Positions 25,447-34,048 of a stretch of DNA of 64,000 nucleotides are shown one piece after another. Within the stretch, counting starts at the first letter, position 1. Each line of letters begins with the position of its first letter. The translations under genes and the position numbers were made by a program. A model generated the notes under the pieces. That model was not told the origin of the DNA. It made no database searches and worked only from the letters and a program-made list of their open reading frames with translations. Location of the stretch: the IMG/VR virus record IMGVR_UViG_3300032236_001613, positions 186,001-250,000 of that record; one strand, given 5' to 3'.

Positions 25447-26045
25447 TGATTACTAATAATTTGGTACCGATTGTAATTGAAAAAACAGGATCAGGCGAAC
25501 GAGCGTTTGATATCTATAGTCGTTTGCTTAACGAACGTATTGTTTTTTTAAATGGGCCAGTGCACGACCATAGTGCTAACTTAATTGTTGCACAAATGCT
25601 TCATCTCGAAAGTGTTGATTGCGATAAAGACATTAGTTTTTATATTAATAGTCCTGGTGGAGTAGTAACTGCAGGTATGAGCATTTATGATGTCATGCAG
25701 TTTATTAAGCCCGATGTAGCTACATACGTTATGGGACAAGCATGTAGTATGGGCAGTTTGTTAGCTCAAGCCGGGTCACCTGGAAAGCGATTTATGCTGC
25801 CATACGCAAGGCATATGATCCATCAGCCAAGCGGCGGCGCTAGTGGGCAAGCAACTGACATGCAAATTCAAGTTGAAGAAATCCTTAAGATGAAGAAAGA
25901 ACTTACCGGAATTTACGTTAAACACAATAGTAAGGGTAAAACTTATGAGCAACTTGTTTCTGATATGGAACGAGATAAGTTTATGAGCGCACAAGAAGCA
26001 CTTGATTACGGACTTATTGATCAAATTATTGAAAAGCGTAGTTAA
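25446..26045 (+). CDS. clpP: ATP-dependent Clp protease proteolytic subunit
   Basis: [34 protein letters not shown]. Confidence 0.97.
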   Translation: MITNNLVPIVIEKTGSGERAFDIYSRLLNERIVFLNGPVHDHSANLIVAQMLHLESVDCDKDISFYINSPGGVVTAGMSIYDVMQFIKPDVATYVMGQACSMGSLLAQAGSPGKRFMLPYARHMIHQPSGGASGQATDMQIQVEEILKMKKELTGIYVKHNSKGKTYEQLVSDMERDKFMSAQEALDYGLIDQIIEKRS

Positions 26046-26102
26046 TTTTAATCTGCTAAATAGTAGAAAAGCTCAAAGCTTTTCTACTATACAGGTTAAA
26101 AT

Positions 26103-27140
26103 ATGGTAAAAGTATTCGAATCAGCACCAACAAACTTTAGCGGTGATCAAATTAATGGTGGAACGATCACTAATTTTGCTAGTACAGGTATTAAGGATAA
26201 TGCTTCTAGCGTTACACTTGTAGTTACAGATGGTAAAATTACAGTTCCGTCGATGTCAGTTAACACCATTGATGGTAACGTTACGGTAAGAGGTGATGTT
26301 AAAGTTTATGGTGTTTTAGATGCTGGCTTTATACGAACTACCGAATTAATTGCAAATCAAAGATACGAAAAACAATACTTAGAATTTGCACCCCCAGAAG
26401 GAAATGCTGTAGGATGTGGGCTATTATGGGTTAGCGGAACCTCTAAACAGTTTATTTTAAGAAATAATCCTGAAAGATTCTATTCAACCGAAAGTATCGA
26501 CATACCTGCAATGCAATCTTATTGTATCGAAGCAGTACCTGTTCTTAGCTACGATTCGCTGGGAAGAAATGTTGTTAATAGTAATCTACAAACTGTCGGG
26601 CTTTTAAGGAATCTAGCAACAACAGGCAACTTAACAGTTGATAATTACATACATTATAGCGGAACTTCAAATAGATTAGGGTTAGGCACGGAAAATCCTA
26701 ATGCTCTATTAAGTGTTTTTGATTTTGTACATGGTGTTGAAGTTGTTGTTGATAGTAATGTTTCAAATGGATACGGTAAAGTTGGAACCTTTAATACAAA
26801 AGGTTTCGAACTGGTTACCGACGATACTGCAAGAATTTCCATTTCAGAAACTGGTAATATTACACTTGGGCAAGAACAAAAAGACAGTACTATTATTAGA
26901 GCTTACGGCAAACTTTCCGTTGGTGTAAAAAACCCAACTGAGCAATTTGAAGTAGCAGGAAACGTTAAATTTGGTAATAGACTCTTTACTAACGGAAACT
27001 CTGCCCCACAGTCAGGAGTTTATCAAGTAGGCGATATTGTTTGGAATACTAACCCTACTCCAGGAACATATGTTGGGTGGGTTTGCCTTGTTAGCGGTTC
27101 CCCAGGTGTGTGGAACGGGTTTGGACTAATTGCCTCGTAA
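26103..27140 (+). CDS. Putative virion structural (fibre-like) protein
   Basis: LGLGTENP repeats, GDIVWNTNP..GWVC tail; TAAATA upstream. Confidence 0.55.
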   Translation: MVKVFESAPTNFSGDQINGGTITNFASTGIKDNASSVTLVVTDGKITVPSMSVNTIDGNVTVRGDVKVYGVLDAGFIRTTELIANQRYEKQYLEFAPPEGNAVGCGLLWVSGTSKQFILRNNPERFYSTESIDIPAMQSYCIEAVPVLSYDSLGRNVVNSNLQTVGLLRNLATTGNLTVDNYIHYSGTSNRLGLGTENPNALLSVFDFVHGVEVVVDSNVSNGYGKVGTFNTKGFELVTDDTARISISETGNITLGQEQKDSTIIRAYGKLSVGVKNPTEQFEVAGNVKFGNRLFTNGNSAPQSGVYQVGDIVWNTNPTPGTYVGWVCLVSGSPGVWNGFGLIAS

Positions 27141-27318
27141 AATGCATTTTTTAAAAATTCTTTTTATCTATTGTTTTCTTGCTATTCTTTCGATATGGGT
27201 AACTGTTCAAGTGTTTATAATGTGTCGTTTTAGAAAAAAAGAATCAGCATTATTAAACGAGATCGTTAACGATATTAAAGAAATAAAAAAGAAATTAGAA
27301 TTACTTAAAGAAGAATAG
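27130..27318 (+). CDS. Small membrane protein
   Basis: One TM segment plus coiled tail. Confidence 0.4.
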   Translation: MPRKMHFLKILFIYCFLAILSIWVTVQVFIMCRFRKKESALLNEIVNDIKEIKKKLELLKEE

Positions 27319-27380
27319 CGGTCTACGGCGTCGTCCCGCTTTACAAATTCCGCTGCCTATGTTACATTATTTCATAGGAG
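27317..27380 (+). promoter_or_regulatory. Candidate cis-regulatory RNA upstream of queD
   Basis: AGCGG/CCGCT stem, CGGCG/CGCTG pseudoknot, CCTATG/CATAGG hairpin over the SD. Confidence 0.5.
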
Positions 27381-27386
27381 TTTAAA

Positions 27387-27917
27387 ATGTATACTAGTAC
27401 AAAGTTTTTTAAAGAAATAGGTCCCTGCGCTTATCGCAATTGGAAATCAGATACAGATTGTTATATGCTTCACGGCTATGACCGCAGTTTTAAGTTTGTG
27501 TTTGGTGCTAGCCATCTAGACAAGCAAGGGTTTGTTGTAGATTTTGGCGGGCTTAAAGCTATTAAGCGACAACTAGAAGACTGGTTTGATCATACTGTAA
27601 TTTTACAAGCCGATGATCCCTTAGTGAATACTTTTAGAGAGCTAACAGCTAAAGGTCACTGCAAATTGCAGACTTTTCCGCTTATTAGCTGCGAAGGACT
27701 TGCAGAGTATGTAGGCGAGTATGTTGACTATATGCTCCATGAAGCAAATGGAGGACGTAATTGGGTCGTTAGTTGCGAAATGATCGAAGCTGAAAAGAAT
27801 AGCGCCATTTATAGTGTAAGACCTGATGATCCTGATCGTATGCTTTGGCACGATTTGCAAGCACTTAACGTCAGTATGGAAGAGGAAGCCGGTAAAATTA
27901 AATTTGAGGATCTGTAA
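27387..27917 (+). CDS. queD: 6-carboxytetrahydropterin synthase (QueD/PTPS family)
   Basis: C..LHGY, VVDFG.LK, FDH, CEGLA. Confidence 0.8.
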   Translation: MYTSTKFFKEIGPCAYRNWKSDTDCYMLHGYDRSFKFVFGASHLDKQGFVVDFGGLKAIKRQLEDWFDHTVILQADDPLVNTFRELTAKGHCKLQTFPLISCEGLAEYVGEYVDYMLHEANGGRNWVVSCEMIEAEKNSAIYSVRPDDPDRMLWHDLQALNVSMEEEAGKIKFEDL

Positions 27918-28849
27918 TGAAAAAAATTTTAGTTACCGGTGGTGCCGGATTTTTAGGCAGTCATCTGTGTGATCGTTTAGTAACACAAGGTCATCACGTA
28001 CTTTGTGTTGATAATTATTTTACAGGTAGTAAGAAAAATATTGAGCCGTTACTTCGATATCCTAATTTTGAAGTAATTCGTCAGGATGTTTGCTTTCCTC
28101 TCTACGTTGAAGTGGATGAGATTTATAATCTTGCTTGTCCTGCAAGTCCTGTATATTATCAACATGATCCTATACAGACCACCAAGACCAGTATCCTAGG
28201 CGCATACCATCTATTAGGGCTAGCCAAACGTACAGGTGCAAAGATTTTGCAAGCATCTACTAGCGAAGTGTACGGCGATCCTTTAGAACATCCACAGCGT
28301 GAAGAATACTGGGGTAATGTTAATCCGATTGGAATTCGTAGTTGCTACGATGAAGGTAAACGTGCAGCAGAAACATTATTTTTTGACTATCATAGACAGC
28401 ATAATGTTCGTATTAAGGTTGCACGTATTTTTAATACGTACGGCCCACGTATGTCAGCAAATGATGGTCGAGTAGTCAGCAACTTTATTGTTCAGGCATT
28501 AAACGGTCAAGCTATTACTATATACGGTGATGGAAGCCAAACACGTAGTTTCTGCTATGTCAGCGATCTAGTAGATGGGTTGATAGCGTTAATGAACACT
28601 AAAGATTCCATTACAGGGCCAATTAACCTGGGTAATCCTAGAGAATTTACTATGCTAGAACTAGCAGAAAAAGTTATTGCAGAAACACAAACTACTAGCA
28701 AACTAGTTTTTAAACCATTGCCCGGCGATGATCCAAAACAACGCCGACCGGATATTACTCGAGCGCAGTTATTCCTAGATTGGCATCCGGAGATTTCTTT
28801 AGAAGATGGATTAGTTGATACTGTTAAATATTTTAAGACCGTGATTTGA
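27917..28849 (+). CDS. UDP-glucuronate decarboxylase (extended SDR)
   Basis: [40 protein letters not shown]. Confidence 0.93.
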   Translation: MKKILVTGGAGFLGSHLCDRLVTQGHHVLCVDNYFTGSKKNIEPLLRYPNFEVIRQDVCFPLYVEVDEIYNLACPASPVYYQHDPIQTTKTSILGAYHLLGLAKRTGAKILQASTSEVYGDPLEHPQREEYWGNVNPIGIRSCYDEGKRAAETLFFDYHRQHNVRIKVARIFNTYGPRMSANDGRVVSNFIVQALNGQAITIYGDGSQTRSFCYVSDLVDGLIALMNTKDSITGPINLGNPREFTMLELAEKVIAETQTTSKLVFKPLPGDDPKQRRPDITRAQLFLDWHPEISLEDGLVDTVKYFKTVI

Positions 28850-28909
28850 CTTTAAGGTAAAACCAATATATACTGTATCTATTATATAATCAACAGGATA
28901 AATAGGTAT

Positions 28910-29131
28910 ATGAAACTAAAAGAAATTGAAAATTACTACAACAATCTTACTGAATCTCAGCTGTTCGAACAAATTGATCCGGCTAACGATAGCCCAATTT
29001 CAACACAGGATTTAGTAAAGATTGTTAAAACTAATCGTGCTAACCAATGGCAGGAATTGCCAGTAGATGACAATAGTTTCGATGCATATATTGATTCGTT
29101 AGTGGGTAATAATAATGGCAAACGAAGTTAA
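28910..29131 (+). CDS. Small acidic protein, possible antitoxin
   Basis: Overlaps the downstream RelE-like gene. Confidence 0.45.
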   Translation: MKLKEIENYYNNLTESQLFEQIDPANDSPISTQDLVKIVKTNRANQWQELPVDDNSFDAYIDSLVGNNNGKRS

Positions 29132-29540
29132 ATTTGAGGTGTGCCCTCTGTGGAATACTACAGCAGCCGAACTATTACCAAATAATAAAAAATTAGCCGA
29201 GAAGATCAAAGCTTTTAGAGATTTTAAAAAACAAAACCCTATCGCTGCCTTTGGTGGTAGCGATACTATGTTTGTTGGTGCAGGACCTATTGCAAAGGCG
29301 TTAGGAGAACGTGCAAGACACGCTCATTTAACACAAGATATATGTATAGTATATTCTGTATCTGGTAAAAATCCTACAGTCATTAAACTGTATGGCCTTT
29401 TTAGACACAAAGATATCGGCACCGGTGATACTCCAAATATTAGAAAACAGCAATCCGCTGCTGATAGGATGAAAGATCAAACTTGGAATGATTCCGTTCT
29501 TGAAGGTAAAAAAAGAAAATCTTATGCTCGAAAAAAATAA
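29115..29540 (+). CDS. RelE/YafQ-like ribonuclease
   Basis: RHAHLTQDICIVY...IKLYGLFRH resembles the YafQ C-terminal pattern. Confidence 0.55.
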   Translation: MANEVKFEVCPLWNTTAAELLPNNKKLAEKIKAFRDFKKQNPIAAFGGSDTMFVGAGPIAKALGERARHAHLTQDICIVYSVSGKNPTVIKLYGLFRHKDIGTGDTPNIRKQQSAADRMKDQTWNDSVLEGKKRKSYARKK

Positions 29541-29724
29541 TCGGTGGATTATTACGCCTGAAGAAGATCCTGTAACTGGAGAAGTTATCATCACTTTTCC
29601 TCTAGAGTTATTAGAACAAGTCGGATGGATGGAAGGAGACACACTTAATTGGAGTGTGCGAGATGACGGATCAGTTTATCTAACTAAAAAAGAAGAAATT
29701 GACAAAAAGTCAGAAAGTTGTTAA
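29524..29724 (+). CDS. AbrB/MazE-like DNA-binding protein
   Basis: ITFPLELLEQVGWMEGDTLNW...GSVYL. Confidence 0.7.
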   Translation: MLEKNNRWIITPEEDPVTGEVIITFPLELLEQVGWMEGDTLNWSVRDDGSVYLTKKEEIDKKSESC

Positions 29725-29779
29725 ACTATGATCAAATCCGCATTGTAATAGTGCAATGCGATTACTTCCTGAGGTAGTC

Positions 29780-30805
29780 ATGAAACGAATTGGATTTGCA
29801 TGTAAGTGGATTGATCGTCCTGATCAATGCGACGGTATCTCTGCTAAAGATGATGCTAAACAATACAATACTGCTGGCACTACTGTAGCATGGCTTAATC
29901 GGCAAACTCGAGAAGTAGCCGAACAGAAGCTATGGGACATTATGCAATATAACATTGCAGCAACTAAAAGACTCGTTCAACGAGTAGGAGACTTAGATAA
30001 TAGTCTTCGAATGGTTAGACTTTCTAGTGATTTGCTTCCTGTTTATACCGAATCTAGTTGGGCTTACTTTTGGCGACAGTCTTATGTTAGGCAGTATTGT
30101 GAAAGCAAGTTTGCTGAAGTAGGAAATATTGCTCGTGATCGTAATGTTAGGCTTTCTTTTCACCCTGGACAGTTTACTGTTCTTGCTAGCGACAATCCAG
30201 ATATCGTTGAACGTAGTATAGAAGAATTTGAGTATCATGCTGACATGGCTAGATGGATGGGCTACGGTCAAAAGTTTCAAGACTTTAAAATTAATGTTCA
30301 TATTGCCGGTCGTTTAGGTGCACAAGGCATTCGAGATGTTTATCCGCGTTTGAGCACCGAAGCACGTAACTGTATTACTATTGAAAATGAGGAAATGTCA
30401 CATGGGCTGGATGATTGTTTGTCTCTTGGTGAGTTGTTGCCTGTGGTGCTCGATATCCACCATCACTGGATCCGAGAGGGAGAGTATATCGAGCTCGGAG
30501 ATATTCGTGTCCAACGTGTGCTGGACTCTTGGCGTGGGGTGCGCCCTACTCTCCATTATTCTGTTAGCCGTGAAGATTGTCTTATTAATCATTCACCCGA
30601 ACATTTGCCTGATGCTAGGTTGTTATTAGAAGCTGGACACAAAAAACAAAAGCTCCGAGCACATAGTGACTTTTATTGGAATGATTCCGTCAACAAATGG
30701 GCTTTAAGCTTTTTAGAAAATTTCGATATCATGTGCGAGGCAAAGGGCAAGAATCTTGCTAGCTTTGCCTTACACAATCAAGCAAAACAATTAGACTACC
30801 TTTAA
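29780..30805 (+). CDS. uvsE: UV damage endonuclease
   Basis: RIGFACK, RLSS, SFHPGQF, IENEE, LDIHHH, RAHSD, EAKGK. Confidence 0.92.
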   Translation: MKRIGFACKWIDRPDQCDGISAKDDAKQYNTAGTTVAWLNRQTREVAEQKLWDIMQYNIAATKRLVQRVGDLDNSLRMVRLSSDLLPVYTESSWAYFWRQSYVRQYCESKFAEVGNIARDRNVRLSFHPGQFTVLASDNPDIVERSIEEFEYHADMARWMGYGQKFQDFKINVHIAGRLGAQGIRDVYPRLSTEARNCITIENEEMSHGLDDCLSLGELLPVVLDIHHHWIREGEYIELGDIRVQRVLDSWRGVRPTLHYSVSREDCLINHSPEHLPDARLLLEAGHKKQKLRAHSDFYWNDSVNKWALSFLENFDIMCEAKGKNLASFALHNQAKQLDYL

Positions 30806-31090
30806 TGTAGTTTTCTTCTTTGAAGTTTTCTTCTTTGCTGTCTTTACAGCAGGCTTTGCAACTGTCTTTGTAGCACGAGGTTTACGAACCTTTTTAACCG
30901 GTACTTCGGTAACTGCTTCTGAAACAACAGGAGCAGTTTCGACTACAACATCTGCAGTTACTGGCAGTACATTGACTTCAGCAACTGATGACGACATTGT
31001 TGGTTCATCTGATGATCTGTTTGAAAACTTGTACAATACAACACAAACTAGAACTACCGTTCCTGCAATTAACCATGAAATAAAATCCAT
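30791..31090 (-). CDS. Membrane-anchored protein with Lys-rich tail
   Basis: N-terminal TM segment; AGGAG SD. Confidence 0.6.
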   Translation of the reverse strand: MDFISWLIAGTVVLVCVVLYKFSNRSSDEPTMSSSVAEVNVLPVTADVVVETAPVVSEAVTEVPVKKVRKPRATKTVAKPAVKTAKKKTSKKKTTLKVV

Positions 31091-31184
31091 TGTAGATCTC
31101 CTTTACAATATCAACTATTTAATATCAATAAATACCTACAGAATAATTCTTGATTTAGATAAAATTAAAAAGTATAATAATATA

Positions 31185-31913
31185 ATGATAAAAATAAAAA
31201 ATCTAACAGCTAAAATAAAAGATCTCGAAGTATTAAAAAATATTAACTTAGAAGTAAATCCCGGTGAAATTCATGCAATTATGGGTGCACGACAATCTGG
31301 TAAATCGAGTCTAGTACATGCAATTTTAGGAAATCCAATTTTAGAAATTGAAAAAGGTTCTATACTTCACAAAAATAAATCAATTGCTAAAAAAACAATA
31401 GAACAAAGAAGTAATACAGGAATTTATGTTACTTTTCAATATCTTCCAAGTTTGGATGGTATCACAAATCTTGAACTAGCTCGTAGTATTGTAAAAGCAC
31501 ATAGAATTAAAAAAAGTAACAATCAGATAGAAAAAGAGTTTAAAGAACTAGCATTAAAGTTAGGATTGAGTTCTAACCACGGACATAAAAATGTCAACGA
31601 TGAAACTATGACTCCAACTGAATGTAAAAAAAACGAGTTGTTGCATATGATGTTAATCGATCCATCTTTAATTATTTTTGACGAACTCGATAACGATGTT
31701 GAGGAAGACGAAATAGAAAACTTTGCATTAACTATAAAAGAATTCCTCAATGATAAAAAGAAATCAGCAATTATTGTTTCTCACAATAAACAGTTTTTAG
31801 ACATCATCAAACCATCTCATGTAAATATTATGGTCAACGGAACGATCCAACGTAAAGGATCGAATAAATTATTAAAGAGGATCGTAGAAGATGGCAATAC
31901 ACAGCTTCCTTAA
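31185..31913 (+). CDS. sufC: SufC-like ABC ATPase (divergent)
   Basis: PGEIHAIMG..SGKSS, FQY, DELD, IVSH. Confidence 0.8.
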   Translation: MIKIKNLTAKIKDLEVLKNINLEVNPGEIHAIMGARQSGKSSLVHAILGNPILEIEKGSILHKNKSIAKKTIEQRSNTGIYVTFQYLPSLDGITNLELARSIVKAHRIKKSNNQIEKEFKELALKLGLSSNHGHKNVNDETMTPTECKKNELLHMMLIDPSLIIFDELDNDVEEDEIENFALTIKEFLNDKKKSAIIVSHNKQFLDIIKPSHVNIMVNGTIQRKGSNKLLKRIVEDGNTQLP

Positions 31914-32715
31914 AGCAGAAAAAGGTGATCCAGATTGGCAGTTTAGTCCAGAAGATTATTTTGGAAAAGAATTCAAAATAATCGATGCTAGTATTGTTGA
32001 ACTTCAAGAAGGTAAATCTGAACGTGTTGTTTTACGTCAAAACCCAACAGAAAAAGAATTATTAGCAAAACATTTAAAAATAAATCTTCAAAAAAATTCT
32101 ACTCTAGATTTAATTATCTTAAATGAAGTTGATGCATCTTTACAGCAGGTATTTCTATATGATATACATGTTAAAGAGGGAGCTAATTTAAATTTCGGAC
32201 TATTTGTCAAAGATGGTAAACTTAATAAGCATATTGTGCAGGTAGTTCAAGAAGAGCTTTCTATATTTTCTAGTTACGGACTTATATCAAACTCAGTTGA
32301 TGGTGATACAGAAATCGTAACTAAAATTATACACCAAGGGCCCGAATCTTTCAGTAATCAAATATTTCTAGGAATTGCAGACGGCGAAAGTCAGACTGTA
32401 TTTCAAGGTACTACAATGGTTGAGCCCGAAGCAGTAGCTAGCCAAGTCAATATAGAAAATTCTAATTTAGTAGTTGGAGATGCATCTCGTTGTTATAGTA
32501 AACCAGAAAATTATATAAATTCCGACTATTCTGCGTCGTCAATAGGCTCTGAAACTAGTTCTATTAGTTTAGAAAAAATCGGATATTTACAAACTAAAGG
32601 CATCGGTGAAACAGTTGCTAAACAGATGATAGTTTCAAGTTTTAGAAATCAAGTTATTAACTTAGTTACACAAGATGCAATTAAAGAAGAAGTACGTGAA
32701 ATGTATTTAGATTAA
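31891..32715 (+). CDS. SufD/SufB-like beta-helix protein (divergent)
   Basis: TKIIHQGP...VFQG...YLQTKGI; follows sufC. Confidence 0.75.
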   Translation: MAIHSFLKAEKGDPDWQFSPEDYFGKEFKIIDASIVELQEGKSERVVLRQNPTEKELLAKHLKINLQKNSTLDLIILNEVDASLQQVFLYDIHVKEGANLNFGLFVKDGKLNKHIVQVVQEELSIFSSYGLISNSVDGDTEIVTKIIHQGPESFSNQIFLGIADGESQTVFQGTTMVEPEAVASQVNIENSNLVVGDASRCYSKPENYINSDYSASSIGSETSSISLEKIGYLQTKGIGETVAKQMIVSSFRNQVINLVTQDAIKEEVREMYLD

Positions 32716-32815
32716 GTGCGTACATAACTTCTCCTTTATTCACATTAATAATATTAGGTAAATACCTAATATTATACTACCTAAATTTAAGGTAAATATG
32801 GAATAAGGGATAGAT

Positions 32816-34048
32816 ATGACTACTTCATACCAACCAATTGTTATCGGTGCAAATCCAAACGACGGTACTGGCGATAACATACGCGATGCATTTGATAAAG
32901 TTAACAATAACTTTAATACGTTGTACCAATATATCTTTGGTGTTGGCGGATCAACTACCGGCATTAGATATATCGATTTATCCGATGGTCCTCAAAGTTA
33001 TACCACAGGAACAGTACAATCAGTTAATGGTGTAATTGTAGTAACTGTTAATAATGCCGGTAACCAAATTACTAACCGATTACTCTCAAACGGAAACGGA
33101 ATAATCGTTGATGGTTCAAATAACGGAATATTATCTATTCAAAGTGCCTATACTGCTAGTATAACTGCTACAGCATATACCTTAGTTCTAAGAGACGGGT
33201 CTGGAAATATTGCAGGATCATCTGGCGGAGGCGGCACAGCTTCAACATCGTCTAGTCTACTACTAGTTGATGCTACTACATACGAAACTGGTTCGATTTA
33301 CTCAAGTCCGAATACTATTGCCGCAAGAGATAGTAGCGGAAATATTTCAGCTAACCAATTTAACGGTACAGCAACAAGTTCTTTAACATCATTATTTGCA
33401 ACAAATTCGACCAACTCTACTAATACTAACAACTTATTATTAGGAGCAAGTTATGTTGCTGCTTCAACTAGTACTACGGCAAATACAATAGTTGCTAGAG
33501 ATAGCTTAGGTCAAATAAGAGCTACTAGTTTTATTGGAAATTCTTTTATTGGTACATTAACAGGTAGTGCTAGTTTTGCAACTAGTTCAACCAATTCATT
33601 GTATGCAAATACTGCAACTTATGCTACAAACTTTTCAGCCGGTGTATACAGTTCAGGAAATGTATACCCGTTACTTTCAAATGGTGCAATTATGTCAACT
33701 GCATCATCTTATTATTATAATGCAGGAACCGTTTATGCAGTAGATTTTGCAGCAACTTCTGATGCTACTTTAAAAGATATTACAGGTATTATTGATAATC
33801 CCTTAGATAAACTTACAGGAATTAATGGTGTAAGTTATTTTTGGAATAATAAAGCCATGTCTCAAGGAATACCTTCTGGACAAAGACGATTAGGTGTTTT
33901 AGCACAAGAAGTTCAAAAAGTTGCGCCCGAAGCAGTTTCAGAGAATAACGGGCACCTTAGTGTAAACTATACTCAACTAATACCAATATTAATTGAAGCA
34001 ATCAAAGAGCTTAACAAAAAAATCGACAGTTTATCTGGAGCTAAGTAA
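32816..34048 (+). CDS. Tail fibre protein with C-terminal S74 chaperone
   Basis: IGANPNDGTGDNIRDAFDKVN; SDATLK...GVLAQEV...VNY..LIP.LIEAIKEL. Confidence 0.85.
   Translation: MTTSYQPIVIGANPNDGTGDNIRDAFDKVNNNFNTLYQYIFGVGGSTTGIRYIDLSDGPQSYTTGTVQSVNGVIVVTVNNAGNQITNRLLSNGNGIIVDGSNNGILSIQSAYTASITATAYTLVLRDGSGNIAGSSGGGGTASTSSSLLLVDATTYETGSIYSSPNTIAARDSSGNISANQFNGTATSSLTSLFATNSTNSTNTNNLLLGASYVAASTSTTANTIVARDSLGQIRATSFIGNSFIGTLTGSASFATSSTNSLYANTATYATNFSAGVYSSGNVYPLLSNGAIMSTASSYYYNAGTVYAVDFAATSDATLKDITGIIDNPLDKLTGINGVSYFWNNKAMSQGIPSGQRRLGVLAQEVQKVAPEAVSENNGHLSVNYTQLIPILIEAIKELNKKIDSLSGAK

Noticed and set aside
30972-31184. N-terminal extension of sufC in the ORF track
   Set aside because: It overlaps the opposite-strand gene and the promoter; similarity to SufC begins at ATG 31185.
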